Assembly: GCA_026770705.1 (NCBI GenBank)
Contig: JANJGN010000151.1
Coordinates: forward strand, 930,001 to 994,000
Direction of reading: 5' to 3'
DNA from: Isurus oxyrinchus
Lineage: Eukaryota
Length of the DNA: 64,000 nt
How positions within the stretch are numbered: the first letter of the stretch is position 1; each line of letters opens with the position of its first letter. Under the pieces are notes generated by a model. The model was not told where the DNA came from. It worked only from the letters and a program-made list of their open reading frames with translations, and made no database searches. A program made the translations under genes and the position numbers. Shown here one piece after another: positions 1 through 13,864 of the stretch.

Positions 1-480
1 TCCTGACCTGCCCAACACCCAGCACTGGATGAGGAGAATTTTCCTCCATTTAAATATTGAGAAGGCTGAAGCCGTTGACTTCAGTCCCCAGTACAAACTC
101 CACTCCCTAGGCACCGACTCCAGCCCCCTCCCTGTCAACTGCCTGAGGCTGAAAGAGATTGTTCAAAACAATGGTGTCATATTTGACCCCAAGACAAGCT
201 CCACCCACATACCTGCATCATCATGAAGACTGGATTCCACTTTAGTAACATCGCCAGACTCCACCCCAGTCTCAGCTCATCTGCTGCTGAAACCATCATC
301 CATTCCTTTGTTCCCTCTGAGATGTCTGGACTCTACTTCTGATTTCCTGACAATTCCTGATTTCATTTGCTCCACATTTGGTACCTGTAGCTGCCAAGGC
401 CATAAACTCTGGGAATTCATTACTAATCCTGTCCACCTCTCTATCTTCCTTTCCTCCTTTAAGATACTCCTTTATAAAGA
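1..480 (+). mobile_element. L2-type LINE fragment
   Basis: Degenerate RT C-terminal coding (LHLNIEKAEAV..; GVIFDP; AETIIHSFV). Related fragments at about 3310-3450 and 4670-5190. Confidence 0.6.
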
Positions 481-699
481 CCTCTGCTTCCGGTACCCCA
501 TGAGTTCATAGAAGCAATCACTATCAGTCCAGGATGGAAATTCAGAGGAGACAAATATTTTCTTGCTTTGAGTTTGCTGTGCATAAATCCTCCCCTTCTA
601 ACCCCCTGTAAAAGGAGTTTCCAAAATCCATCCCAGCACAGAAATTCACAGCATTCTCTCCTCCTCCTTCCTGGTCCAGGATGACCTCACATGTGTCCT

Positions 700-1000
700 C
701 TGCACATTGTCCCTCGTTGTCATCAGCAGTCCCTCGATTAGAGGGTGATGTCTACTCAGGGTTGTGAGTTTCTGCCATTGGTCTTCATGTGACTGAACAG
801 ACACGCAGATCTTTGGACACATGGGGCAGGTCATCTATGAGATAGTGAGATCAGGAGAGGAGGATTTTCTTCCTTTTCTTGCCTTCTCTGCTGCTGCTTT
901 GCCTCATCAATAAGACATTATCGATCAGCTCAAAGGTTAATACAGCTTGATGGACAAGTTGTCATCATTTTGAACAATGGGTAATACGCTCCTCCCAGTC
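700..1000 (-). mobile_element. Old LINE 3' fragment (RTE-like, CxxC), with a second copy at about 6860-7150
   Basis: Clear similarity between the two regions (GTGAGTTTCTGCCAT..ATGGGGCAGG..CAGCTTGATGGA.AAGTTGTC). Confidence 0.5.
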
Positions 1001-1044
1001 ATTACAACATTGGCCCCTACAAAGATGCTAGTCATGCACGTGGC

Positions 1045-1362
1045 CATTGTGGTGACATAGTGGCATTGTGATGTACTCGTATTCAAGAGACCCAGGGTAA
1101 TGCTCTGGGGACGTGGGTTCAATCCCCACCACAGTAGATGGTGAAATTTGAATTCAATAAAAATCTGAAATTAAAAATCTAAAGATGACCATGAAACCAT
1201 TGTCGATTGTTATAAAAATCCTTACCTGGTCTGGCCTATCTGTGACCCCAGACCCTGCAGCAATGTGATGATTCTTAACTGCCCTCTGAACAAGGAAACT
1301 TAGGAATGGCCAGTAACTGCTGGCCCAGCCACTGACACCCACATCCCAGGAATGAATAAAAA
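1045..1362 (+). mobile_element. Shark tRNA-derived SINE (SacSINE1/DeuSINE-like). Other copies at about 2690-2880 and 3215-3300 (-), 18225-18585 (+), 39900-40210 (-), 43630-43865 (+), 43870-44120 (-)
   Basis: A and B boxes (GGGTTCAATCCC), recurrent core ATGACCATGAAACCATTGTC..CCTTACCTGGTCTGGCC, and a tail ending in ATGAATAAAAAA. Confidence 0.7.
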
Positions 1363-1399
1363 ATGATGGGGCCTTTAGCCTGAGCTGAACATGGCTGCG

Positions 1400-1630
1400 G
1401 GTTTACACAACATGTCTCTGTCCATCGCTCGCTCCGCCCTGCCATCCCCCGCCCCGCCTTCACCCATTGTAGACCCCCCTTATCCGCACTGCACATGCTT
1501 CAGTCAGCCCCGCCTCCTCATTGGTTGCAGGGCCAGCCTCTCGTGTGCACGTGTCCCCCAGTCCCGCCCCCTTTTCCTATTGGTCCGGAGCAACGGTCAA
1601 TTGTGACGGTTTCAGACGCTGAAAGCGGCC
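1400..1630. promoter_or_regulatory. Second GC-box/CCAAT promoter-like patch
   Basis: CCCCGCCCC-type GC boxes, two ATTGG, and TGCACATGC. Confidence 0.4.
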
Positions 1631-1733
1631 ACAGACTCAGCCTGACTTGCTGATTCTTGGCAGCATTTTCTGTTTGGGAATTAGAGCTAGAGATGGATGG
1701 TCAGTTCCCCTCTGTCCGGGGGGATTCACACTC

Positions 1734-1804
1734 ATTTCCCCAGTGCAGTGATTATCACATTTACTTTACATGAGAGAGACCCAGGTTCAATCCCGGCCGA
1801 AACT
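1734..1804 (+). pseudogene. tRNA-Val(TAC)-derived pseudogene
   Basis: Resembles vertebrate tRNA-Val (..AGTG.AGTG.TTATCAC.T...TT TAC A...GGTTC.ATCCC) with many mismatches. Confidence 0.6.
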
Positions 1805-1877
1805 TTGTGTTTAAAATTATTACCGATGAGGAATTAACAATTAGTTTAGTTTCATGTCGAACAGGGTGATAATTACT

Positions 1878-2300
1878 AAAACAAAAACAAAAATACCTGG
1901 AAAAACTCAGCAGGTCTGGCAGCATTTGTGGAGAGGAGCACAGTTAATGTTTCGAGTCCCAATGACCCTTCAAGACAATTACTGCTGTCTCATTCTTTAA
2001 AAGCTCTTCTTCACCTTTAAACAGGTAACCATAAGTGAGAGAAAGTACAGTGACCCCAAAAAAAGATACTGCAGATGCTAGAAATCCAACCTCAAAACAG
2101 AAAATGTTGGAAACACTCAGCAGGTCAAACAGTATCTATGGAGAGGTAAACATAGTGAATGTTTCACATCGGTGACTCTTTATCCAAACAGGAAAGAGTG
2201 AAAGATTGAATACTTTCCAGCAAATATAGGGTCAGGTAAAAGAGAGGGGGAGAGGAGGAAAGAACAAATGGTCTGCGATAGGATGGAAGACTGAGTAAAT
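1878..2300 (-). mobile_element. Two Penelope 3'-end fragments (1878-1975 and about 2055-2300)
   Basis: Share the AAAACTCAGCAGGTC and TTTCGAGTC..TGACCCTTC motifs with the full element. Confidence 0.65.
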
Positions 2301-3454
2301 GATCAAGGGGATGATGATTCAAAGCAAAATTGAAGACTGCGGTTGAGTATAATTCTGCTGCTGCTGATGGCTCACAGCACCTCATGGTTGCATGATCTGT
2401 TTGAGATCTAGGGTTGTAGTACCAGACAACACAATGGAGGGTATCCTCAATGTGAAGAGGAGACTTTGTCTCCACAAGAACTATGGTTCCGTGAATATGA
2501 GTATGTCAGGCTGTTGCTTAACTCCTCTATGAGACAGCTCTCTCATTCTTGGCACCAGCTTGCAGATGTTAATATGGAGGACTTCATCGGGTTGACAGGG
2601 CTGAGTTTGCCTTTGTCGGTTCTGGTGCCTGGGCCGATGCCGGGTGGTCTGGTTTCATTCCTTAATCATTTTCCAGTCGTGGTTTGATACAACTGAGGGC
2701 ATTTCAGAGTCAACCACATTCTTGTGGGTCTGGAGTCACACGTAGGCCAGACCAGGTAAGGATGGCAGATTTCCTCCCCTAAAGGACATTAGTGAACTAG
2801 ATGGGCTTTTACGACTATCGACAATGGTTGTGTTACCAACATTAGACTTTTCATTGAAATTTAATTCCACCATCTGTCTTGTAAACTTTTTTTTTCACTC
2901 ATGGGCTTCGCTGGCTGGGCCAGCGTTTATTCCCCATTCCTAGTTTCCCTTGCGAAGATGGGGTGAGCTGCCTTCTTGAACCGCTGCAGTCCATGTGGTG
3001 TAGGTACACCCACAGTGCTGTTACGAAGGGAGCTCCAGGATTTTGACCCAGTGACAGTGAAGAACCGGCAATATATTTCCAAGTCAGGATGGTGAGTTAC
3101 TTGGAGGGGATCCTCCAGGTGGTGGTGTTCCCATCTATCTGCTGCCCTTGCCCTCCTAGGTAGTTGTGGGTTTGGAAGGTGCTGTGTAAGGTGTCTTGGT
3201 GAAAGCCTGATGTTGTGGCGGGATTTGAACCTGGGTCCCTCAAGCATTACCCTGATCTCTGGATTACTTGTCCAGTGACAATACCACTATACCAATGTCT
3301 CCCCGATAACTGAAACCATTGTCTTCAGTCCCTTCTCTACTCCACAGCCACTGACTCCATCATCTCCCCAGCAACTGTCTGAGGCTGAACCAGACTTTTC
3401 ACAACATCGGTGTCATGTTTCACCCCAAACTCATCTTCAAACCACAAATCCGCA

Positions 3455-4670
3455 TCATGCGAACATGCAAAATAGGAGAATAAGTAGGTCATGCAGCCCC
3501 TTGAGCCCACTCCGCCATTCAATATAATCATGACTGATTACTTGCATTTCAAATTCCACATTCCCATCTACCCCCGATAAACTTTGATTCCTGTGCCTAA
3601 CAAGAATCTATCTACCTCTGCCTTAAAAATATTTAATGACTCTACCACCACTGACTTCTGAGGCAGGGAGTTCCGGAGTCTTCAGGAAAAAAAAATCTCC
3701 TCATCTCTGTCCTAAAAGGGTGCCTCCTAATTTCAAAACAATGCCCCTAGTTCTGGACTCACCCACAAGAGGAAACATCCTTTGCATATCCAACTTGTCA
3801 AGACCATTCAGGATCTTATATACTTCAATCAAATCACCCCTTCCTTTTCTAAACTCCAGTGGAAACAAGCCCAGCCTGTCCAACCTATCCTCAAAAGACA
3901 ACCCGCTCATCCAGGTATCAATCTAGTAAACTTCCTTTGAACCACCTCCAATGCATTTACATCTTTCTTTAAATAAGGGGACCAAAAACTGCACACTGTA
4001 TTCGATATGTGGTCTCACCAATGCCCTGTATAACTGAAGCATAACATCCTTGCTTTGATGTTCAATTCCTCTCGTAATATAGAAAAGCATTCCCTTAGCC
4101 TTCTTAACTACATGCTGTACCTGCATACTAACTTTTTGTGCCTCATGCAGTAGAACACCTAGATCCCTCTGCACCTTGGAATTCTGCAGTCATTCTCCAT
4201 TTAAGTAACACTCTGCTTTTTTATTCTTCCTGCCAAAGTGAACAACTTCACATTTTCCCACATTATACTCCATTTGCCAGATCTCTGCCCAATCACTCAG
4301 CCTATCTATATGCGTCTGCAACCTCCTTTTGTCCACTTCACAACATACATTCCTACATATCTTCATGTCATCTGCAAATTTAGCCACAATGGCTTCTCTC
4401 CCCTCATCTAAGTCACTAATATCAATTGTAAAAAGTTGAGGTGCCAGCACAGATCCTGTAGGACTCCACTCATCACATCCTGCCAATCAAACAAGGACCA
4501 ATTTATGCATACTCTCTGTTTTCTGCCAGCCAGCCAATATTCTATCCATACTAACATGTTACATCCTACACCATGAACTTTTATTTGTCGCGATAACCTT
4601 TGATGTGGCATCTTATCAAATGTCTTCTGGAAATCCAAGTACAGTATGTCTACAGGCTCCCCTTTATCAT
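3455..4670 (-). mobile_element. CR1-type LINE 3' fragment
   Basis: ORF pieces VDILYLDFQKTFDK, KFADD, RDLGV, LYRALVRPHIEY, RGDLIEVYKIL. Confidence 0.88.
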
Positions 4671-5519
4671 CACCAAGACTGCCCATTTCCACCTCAGTAT
4701 CATCCAACTCCATCCTAGTTTCAGTTGCTCTGCAGCTGAAATTCTTATCTATTCATTTGTTAACTATAGACTTAACTATCCTAACGCAATCCCAGCTGGC
4801 CTCCCAGTTTAAACCTCCCTGTGATCTTGTGGTCATTCAAAACTCTGCTGCCCATGTGCTTACTCCACCAAGTCTTGTTCAGTCATCACCATTGTGCTTG
4901 CTGAGGGACAAAGTTTCCAGGCTAAGAAGCATTTACATTTTAAATTGATCATTTATATTTTCAAATCTCTTCATGATATTGCTCCTTCCTTTCTCTGTGA
5001 TCTTCTCCAGCCTCATACCCTCCAAGATAATTCTTAAAACCAATCTCTGACCAAACTTTTGGTCATCTGCCCAAACATCTCCTTTTGTGGGCTCAGTGGG
5101 AAAAGTTGCTTCATAAAACTCCTGTGAAACACTTTGGAGTTTTCTACTAAATGAAAGGCGCCATATAAACACACATTATTGTTGTTGATTTGGACATGTC
5201 ACCATTCCTTCATCATCACTGAGTGAAATTCCTGTAACTCCTTATCTCACAGAAATGTGGGAGCAGTTTCACCACACAGACTGCAAAGGCTCAAGGTCAA
5301 GCATCATCTTCACTGGTAACAGTGTTATACAATTCTATGACTCAATGATTCTTTACAGACATTCTCTGTTCATCAGCATGTTCCCTTGCTTTTTAAGCAC
5401 TCCATGCTCAGTCCTTATTTCCTTCATTTGCAGACATTTCCTGACAATCACCATTTTTAGAGACGCTTCCTAACCTTTATCACTTTCTCTCCATTTACAG
5501 ATGCTTCCTGAATGAGCTG

Positions 5520-5885
5520 ACATTGCACATGCGCTGGGGCCTCGCCGGACTCACTCCAAAGTCAGACCTGAGCGGGAGAAACCGGGAAGTCAGGGATAAT
5601 GTTTACGGTTTCTAGTCGCGTCCTAAGTAGAAAATGTTGCTGGTTTTATTTTGGGCTTTGGATCCGCACTCGGTCTTTGTAAACCCTCCATTTTAAACCC
5701 ACTAGCTCCAGCACTCTTACCGTCCGTCGCCACGATCTGCGCATGCTCAGATCACAATGCACGAGTCTTATTGACGGCAACTCGGGACCAATAGGAAGAG
5801 GGGGCGGGACTGGATGACCATGCGAAAGTGACTAGTCCTCCAACCAATTGGAGTGAATGAGGGGCGGGGCTGAATCCGGATCTCC
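5520..5885. promoter_or_regulatory. Housekeeping-type promoter (NRF1-like GCGCATGC, ETS-like CGGGAAGT, CCAAT and GC boxes), possibly belonging to the ZNF pseudogene
   Basis: TGCACATGCGC at about 5525, TGCGCATGCTC at about 5738, CCAAT at about 5788 and 5844, GGGGCGGG at about 5801 and 5861; CpG-enriched. Confidence 0.55.
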
Positions 5886-7949
5886 CTCATTGCCAGAAAC
5901 GGCATCATTTTGAAAGCTGATTTGTCTCAAACTCCAGGAGAAAACTGGACCTTTCTGTTTGTGGCTTTAAACAGATGAACCTGTCCACACCTGTGGGTGT
6001 GGAGCAAACATTTCAACATTTGTTGCTGAAATGGATTCAGTCAGGACAGGCAGCAGGAATTATTTCGGGAAATTACAGGGCGTAGTGATTGTTTCTCTTT
6101 GAATTTGGAGAAAAGTGTGAATTAGTGGAAGAATTCGCAGGCTGCTTAACTCCCCTTCCGGGTTTGGAGCCATTTAATTTCAGCCGATTTGTTGTTCCGG
6201 CATTAGCCGAGAGAGTTTGATCAGCTCACACAATTGGAGAGAACAGTCAGAACCGCCGGATACACCTATCCTGCCTGATGTCAATCCAGAATGAGCTGGA
6301 GAGCCGTCTTCACTCACCAGGTGTCTGCAGAGGAGTTTCTGGCTCAGAGGCGGGAATGTTTCATTTTTATTAATAACCCTAAATCCCTCAAGTTCCATTG
6401 AACTGGCAGGACCTCTTCATTTCTATATCCATTTCATTGCTTAAATAAAGCCTTGATTTTATGTTTGCAGCTTAATGGTGACACTTACATAATCTAAACA
6501 CCTCATTCCTTGTGGGAGTGCAGAACTACAGTAGCTGCAGAAGCCACACCCTTTGTCTATTCTCTACCAAGCCTCTCCTCAACCCCTCAGAATCAAACTA
6601 TTCCTATCTTTGTCCAGTATTTTCATTATCCTACAATGAAAGGCCTCTGTTTATAATGCTTAGTTATCGTGAATCTAATAAAGCTGCTCCAATAGTGATT
6701 CTAATTCAGTTTGCATTATGTTTAATCTTGGGCTATTATGTCTGCCGCTATTTCTGTTTCATCTTCATGTTCAGTCTGGCTTCCCTGGAATGAAGTTTCT
6801 GTGGTCGTCTGTGTGTATTCTCTCAGTGCCCAAGTGCCTGTGTTAGTTGATGTTTAATACTTCGTCAGCAGCCTCTCAATTCAAGGATGACATCTCCTCA
6901 GTGTGGTGAGTTTCTGCCATGGGTCTTCTTGTGAATGAACAGACTGATTCTTGACCTGCAGATATTTGGACTCATGGGGCAGGACATCCATGAAGTATTG
7001 GGATCTGGACCACAACATTTGATTCCACTTCTCTGCTGCTGCTGTGCCTCATCATGAAAACACTGTGACTAACAGTGTGATGCAGCTTGATGGATAAGTT
7101 GTCGCCATTCTGACCGGTTGGTAGAAAGCTCCTCCAGGTCATTAAAGTCAATGCTGCTGCACTTCAAGGTGAACAGGCTGCAGAAAATTGGTTTGTATTT
7201 CATGAAATATTGAAGTTTCAGGGGTGATATGATGCTGTTTTTTTAAAATGATCAATGTGTTTGTGAGGGTAGATACAGGGAAAAAATTTGCTCCGCAGGC
7301 AATTCGAGAACAAGAGGGCAGAATCAAAACAGTAGAACCTGGAGAGAAATCAGGAACAACGTGTTCAGACAAGCGTTGTGGGAATCAGGACCAACCTCCC
7401 CAAAAAGCTGTGAATGCTGGAGGTCAATTGAATTTTTCAAGACATGAATAGATTGAATTTTGTTAAGCAAAGATATAAAAGTAATTTGATCAAAGATGGG
7501 AAAAGGGAGTTGTGTGAATAGAATGGTGGAGCAGGTTTGAGGGGCTGAATGGCCTGCTTCTGTTCCTATGTGCTGGTTGCTACGCCTATAGCAATGAGTA
7601 CCCAAGAAAGGTGGCAGTTTGTAATGTCCATGTGGGCTGCAGTGTGTTCAGCCATCTGACTGTGAGCTGCCTCCTCTCATCCAGCTCTCGGGAGCAGTCA
7701 CTTTCCTCTCGGATGGAGTTTAAAGGAAGGACCGCCCCATCTGACACAGGTGATCCTTGAAATTTCAGTGCCACTAACAAGACCAGCAATGGATATTGCC
7801 CATCCCCATTTACCTGTGGGGAAGATGATGTTTGACCTTCTTGAACCTCTGCAACCCGTGTGAATGTGCTCCCACAATGTTGTTAGAAAGGGAGTTACAG
7901 AACCTTTCACCCTGTGGTGATTAAGGAACAGTAATATATATCCAAACCA

Positions 7950-8815
7950 ACAATAATTTATATTTATATAGCATCTTTCATGTAATTGAATGTTCCAAAG
8001 CATTTTGTAGAAATATTACAAAACAATATTTGACACCGAGCCACATAAGGAGATATTAGGGCAGGTGACCAAAACTTTGTGAAAGAGTAAGGCTAAGGAG
8101 TATCTTAAAGGAAGAGAGTGAATAGAGATGTGGGGAAGTTTAGGGAAGAAATTTCAGAGCTTGGGACCTCGGAAACTTAAAGAACAGCAACCAGTGGTGG
8201 AATGATTAATTGAGGATGGTCGAGAGATCAGGATTAGATCAGCAGAGAGATCCCGAAGGGTTGAGGGCTTGGAGGAGATCACAGGGAAAGGGGTGATTGC
8301 AGCCACAGCGGGATTTGTAAACAAGGATGAGAATTTTAAAATTTTGGTGCTTCTTAAACGTGAGCCTTTTTAGGTCAGTGAGCACTGAGGTGATGAGTGA
8401 GCAAGACTTACTGCAAACAAACACATGGGTAGCAGAGTGTTACATCACCTCAAGTTTACTGGGGGCATGAATGTGGGAGGCTGGCCTGGGGTGCGTAGGG
8501 TAGCTAAGTCTAGAGATAATAAAGGAATGGATGAGAGTTTCAGAATTGGGTGAGCTGAGACTAGGACAGGGTTCGGTGATGTTACTGACGTGGGAATCAG
8601 CGGTCTTGGTGATGATGCAGATATGTTTGAAGCATGACATCAAGTTTGAGAAGAATCTGGTTCAGCCTCAGACAGTTGCCGGGGAGCGGGAAGGAGCCAG
8701 TGGCTAAGGAGTGACGTTTGTATGGGGGACTAAAGACAATGGCTTTAATTTTTCCAATATTTAATTGGAGGACATTTCTGTTCATGCAGCACTGGATGCC
8801 AGACAAGTCAGGATG
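7950..8815 (-). mobile_element. L2-type LINE fragment
   Basis: MNRNVLQLNIGKIKAIVF, ETLIHSFIISRLSY, FKILILVYKS. Confidence 0.7.
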
Positions 8816-8949
8816 GTGTGCTGCGTTCACATACACCTGTTACCCTGTTCCTTCTAGCTGGTGTAGATTCAGGGCTCGGGACGTTCTGTCAAAGTTCTGG
8901 TCGAGTTGATATGAAATCCCTCTCTTTCACCCCTGCCACTCTCACCTCG

Positions 8950-8950
8950 T

Positions 8951-8983
<33 letters not shown>

Positions 8984-9012
8984 GTCTCTCTCTCTCTCCA
9001 TCTCTCTCTCCC
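8950..9012. repeat. (CT)n microsatellite
   Basis: Seen directly in the sequence. Confidence 0.9.
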
Positions 9013-9437
9013 ACTTTTCCCCTCTGAACCTTACCCTCTCACGTCACTCTCTGTCGCTCCTTTTGCATATCTCCCTTATTTTCTCTCTCTATCTTCATCT
9101 TTATCTCCCCCTTTCTCCTCCTATAGAGGTCTTGTGTAGGCCCAGACTGACTCTGATGAACATTAGTGAACCAGTTGAATTGTTTTATCAATCCAACAGC
9201 TTTGAATGTCATTTTCCCTCGTGTCAGTCCCAGTAATTTCCAACATTTCTGTTCGATTTTACAACCTGCCTTTGTGTTTCTGTGGGTTCGCTCTCACTCC
9301 CTTTTTTCTGTTTTACATCATTTTCACAGCGTATTAAGAGGGGAAGATTTGCAGTCAGGAAACTCAAACCAACATCACACTAGGATCTAACTGAGTCATC
9401 CAATTTATCGTAGCCTGAATATCATCAGAGTTTGAAC

Positions 9438-9755
9438 ATGGAAGGAAAAAAGCAACGTTCACAGTGGGGAGAAACCATACGTGTGTTCTGTGTGTGGACG
9501 AAGATTCAAGGGATCATCTGGCCTGTCGAAATACAAGTGTAGTTACACTGACGAGAATCTGTGGAAATGTGGGGAATGGGAGGAAGAATTGAGCCACCCA
9601 TCTTAGCTGGAAATTTACTAATGCAGTCACACTTGGGGGAAGTTATTAACCTGCTCCATTTGTGGGAAGGGATTCACTCATACATCCATCGGCTGAGACA
9701 CCAACAAATTCACACTGGGGAGAGGCCATTACCCTGCTCCGAGTGTGGGAAGGGA
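9438..9755 (+). pseudogene. C2H2 zinc-finger gene pseudogene ([18 protein letters not shown]...HQQIHTGERPLPCSECGKG)
   Basis: HSGEKPY and HTGERP linkers and CxxC pairs, with frameshifts, stops (TAG, TAA) and 3' truncation. Upstream acceptor TTTTCACAG at about 9329. Confidence 0.85.
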
Positions 9756-10673
9756 AAACATCACAGCAAGTTAACTGTCTAAATGCAATGGGAGAGAAGG
9801 GAATTGACCACCAGAAACCCAAGGGTCCAATGCTTTCCCATCAAACATCAATAACATCATTCACAGATTCCATTTCTTAGCTGCTCCTCCTTCCAAACAT
9901 TGTGATCTATTTTCCTCAGGATGTGTTCTTGGATTTAATATTGACCTGCTTTGCAACCTCATTCTGAAATGAGATTCACTTCAATCTCCAACACAAATTG
10001 AATTACAAACCTGACAGACAAACAATGGAAAACAAGTCAGTCGGTAACACAAATCCCATGGTGCTCATTTTCAGATTCACAACAGTCAACTTTTAAATAA
10101 AAAGATGGTATTTCAGTGAAAAGATTTTGAAAGTTGTTGTTTTTATTTGTGACTCCCTCACTCGGGTATTCTGTGAATGCTGCTCGGAGGTTTAGTGACC
10201 GGGATATAATCTACCAGTGTTTTCCTGAGTCTATGCTCAGTGTATAGGGAGTTTTAGCCCGTGTTGGAGTATCTTGCATCCCAGTGATGGGCAGTAAGCC
10301 GCTGATTGAAGCTGCTGACGCCGCTTTCTGCTGGCAGCGGGTGATTGGAGAGTGTGGGGCCGGAATATTGCTGCTTCTCCGCTCTTCCCTGTCCCACTCA
10401 CTGTGGAGCTGAGGAAGAGAGAATCACTGATGGGTTTGTTTGAATCTCATAACTTCATATATTTCCAATGGGTTATATAGAGGTACATGGCAGGTCTGAT
10501 CATTTTCTCTTTACATCTTAAATATTTGTAAGAATGCAACTCTTCGTGTGGGATCACTGAATAACAGAAGCACAAGCCTCGATTGTAGATTATTTGCTTG
10601 AAGCCAATATGCACATTGACAACCCAGAGCTGTGGGGTGATGAATATGATGGGCTGACAAACAGTGAAATCTT

Positions 10674-10747
10674 CATCCCCGGGTGGTCTCGAACCACCAA
10701 CCTTCCAGTTAACAGCCGAACATGCTGACCAATTGTGCCACAGAAAA
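10674..10747 (-). tRNA. tRNA-Asn(GTT), probably a decayed pseudogene
   Basis: Minus strand TCTGTGGCACAATTGGTCAGCATGTTCGGCTGTTAACTGGAAGGTTGGTGGTTCGAGACCACCCGGGGATG. It has CpG-type transitions and acceptor-stem mismatches relative to canonical tRNA-Asn. Confidence 0.8.
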
Positions 10748-12530
10748 AGTCGCAAGATCGATCCTTAAAGGTTCAGATGCCGCTATCAGAATGATCATTG
10801 TTCTCTCCGAGTTTTACTTTTCCAAAATAAAGGGTGAAACATTGATTTGGATACATGGAAACAGTCTGATCCCACCCACTGCAGCTACATTCATGTCTCT
10901 AGGCGCCAGCTCTCCTACAGCCGGTGCCATCTCCCTTCGAGCCTTTTGGTGCCTTGTCTGTCACCAAGTACTCTGAGTGTCCCGAAACCAATATTCAGAT
11001 TAAATTGCTGATGTGCAGTATGGAGAATCCTTTCAATGTCTCAGATCAGTTAATTTCAATGATAGCATCAGAGTCATTGCTCTAGTGCCTTAAAGAAGGG
11101 AACGGTACCTTGAACGGTCAGTCGGACAGTTCACCCTTCATTCTCTTCTGATCCCAGTTCCCAAAGAGTTTTGAAAGATTCGCAAAGCTGGAGACTGGGT
11201 TTTCTGCTTTGGTTCCTTTTCCATCTTCCCAACTGCCAGCTGGCAATATTTTCTAAAATCTCTTTGCAATTTTCCACCTTACATCATGTCCATAGATGAG
11301 GAAATTCAGTTTTGTGGGGAGATTATAGAGGCCGCGATTGTTCCCTTTCGAGCAAAGGAGGTTAAACAAAGATTTCATGGAGCTTTTGAAAGTTATGGAA
11401 CAATATTGAAAGAGGTGCAGGAGTTTTGCAGTGCCCATGAGGACTGTGTGATCATTAATAAAGTTTCCTTGACCCAATGACATCAAGAGTTGGGCTTTAG
11501 GTTCCGATATAGTTTTTGAACCATAAATGTATTTATGTTGCTGATTTCATACCGAACTTTCCAAAGAGATTGATTCAGATCAAGCATGTCCTCGTTTTTC
11601 TCAGTCGCCCTATACAATCTAATTCCTCTTGCTCTACACCCTGTGACAGAGACTGTTATAGAAAAGACGGAAAGGTTTGCTGCAGCGATAAAAAGCCCTG
11701 GTTAGATCACACCTGGAGGACTGTGGATAGTTCTGGGTACGGCACCTTATAAAGGATCACTATTTGCCTTGAAAGTTTCAGAGGAGCCGCATTGATTGTG
11801 TTGGTGGGTTTGGAAATTGAAAGTTGTCCATCCGCAGCTTGTGGCACTATTTCCCCTCAATGTTCACTTCATGTTCATGTTGAACACACTCGAGGCTGTT
11901 ATTGGCTGAACAAGTCTTCTGTGTTATAACTAAACAGGCTGTTATCCGGCTCTCCCTCTCCTGCCGCCCGGGTTTGGCCTTCATCAGGGAATGTTGTTTT
12001 CTTGTTGCTGTGTGAACTGTCACAATGAACTGATCCTGGAGTCTCTTTCCCCCAGGATCTAGAAAACCCGTCACTTCTCTTCCTTCATTCTCATTCTTTC
12101 ATTCCCAGCTTGAGTCGGTTCTCCTTTCGGGCTCTTTGACAAATCCATTTGGACAGACAAGTGGCAGCTGAAATTTAATAGAAGGAAATGTGAAATGATT
12201 CATTTTGGTCGGAGAGGAGAGGAAACAGAAAATAATGTTACAATTTTAAAGGGGCTCGTGTGGTGCACAGTGAGTGGTTCGGATCAGGAATGTATCAATT
12301 CGGTTCAGTTCCACGAGGGGATGGACGCATTTTTACCATCGCAAACTTCATTCACGTTAGTTGTGTAGCTTCACATTAAAAAGGTTCAGGGAGAAAAAGC
12401 AGGCTGGGAAGATGCAAGAGGAGATTATTTCTTTCTGTATGTTTTTACACTGGAGGCCGTTCAGTTACTGAGCGTTACAAAGTGGACGGCGATTGAAATT
12501 TCCAGTTAAGGCAATGCGAAATTTTTAGAC

Positions 12531-12612
12531 GTCGCAGTGGCCGAGCGGTCTAAGGCACTGGATTTAAGTTTCAGTCTGTATGGAGGCGTGGGTTGAAATC
12601 CCATCGTTGCCA
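12531..12612 (+). tRNA. tRNA-Leu-derived gene or pseudogene (Leu-AAG/TAG-type body, anticodon reads TAA)
   Basis: GTGGCCGAGCGGTCTAAGGC.CTGGATT TAA GT.TCAGTCT..GGAGGCGTGGGTT..AATCCCA. The T-loop is mutated (GTTGAA) and the acceptor stem is broken. Confidence 0.75.
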
Positions 12613-13864
12613 GAGTTTCAGACTGTCTGTATTTTCAATCAATTTTGCCACACCCTTCAGTCATTGAGGTGGAGAGGGCTGCAGCACAGAAAAAGGCCCT
12701 TCGGCCCATCGAGTCTGCGCCGGTCAAACAAATACCGAGATAAAAACAAAGAAAACTGCGGATGCTGGAAATCCAAAACAAAAACAGAATTACCTGGAAA
12801 AACTCAGCAGGTCTGGCAGCATCGGCGGAGAAGAAAAGAGTTGACGTTTCGAGTCCTCATGACCCTTCGACAGAACTTGATTTCGAGTCCAAGAAAGAGT
12901 TGAAATATAAGCTGGTTTAAGGTGTGTGTGTGGGGGGGGGGGGGGGGGGGGGCGGAGAGATAGAGAGAGAGAGAGGTGCTTGTGTAGACAAACAAGCAGT
13001 GATAGAAGCAGATCATCAAAAGATGTCAGCGACAATAGTACAAAAGAACACATAGGTGTTAAAGTTAAAGTTGGTGATATTATCTAAACGAATGTGCTAA
13101 TTAAGAATGGATGGTAGGGCACTCAAGGTACAGCTCTAGTGGGGGTGGGGGGAGCATAAAAGATTTTAAAATATTTAAAAATAATGGAAATAGGTGGGAA
13201 AAGAAAAATCTATATAATTTATAGGGAAAAAAGGGGAAAAAGGGGGAAACAGAAAGGGGGTGGGGATGGGGGAGGGAGCTCACGACCTAAAGTTATTGAA
13301 TTCAATATTCAGACCGGAAGGCTGTAAGGTGCCTAGTCGGAAGATGAGGTGTTGTTCCTCCAGTTTGCGTTGGGCTTCACTGGAACAATGCAGTAAGCCA
13401 AGGACAGACATGTGGGCAAGAGAGCAGGGTGGAGTGTTAAAATGGCAAGCGACAGGGAGGTTTGGGTCATTCTTGCGGACAGACCGCAGGTGTTCTGCAA
13501 AGCGGTCGCCCAGTTTACGTTTGGTCTCTCCAATGTAGAGGAGACCACATTGGGAGCAACGAATGCATTAGACTAAGTTGGGGGGAAATGCAAGTGAAAT
13601 GCTGCTTCACTTGAAAGGAGTGTTTGGGCCCTTGGACGGTGAGGAGAGAGGAAGTGAAGGGGCAGGTGTTACATCTTTTGCGTGGGCATGGGGTGGTGCC
13701 ATAGGAGGGGGTTGAAGAGTAGGGGGTGATGGAGGAGTGGACCAGGGTGTCCCGGAGGGAGCGATCCCTACGGAATGCCGATAAGGGGGGTGAAGGGAAG
13801 ATGTGTTTGGTGGTGGCATCATGCTGGAGTTGGCGGAAATGGCGGAGGATGATCCTTTGAATGC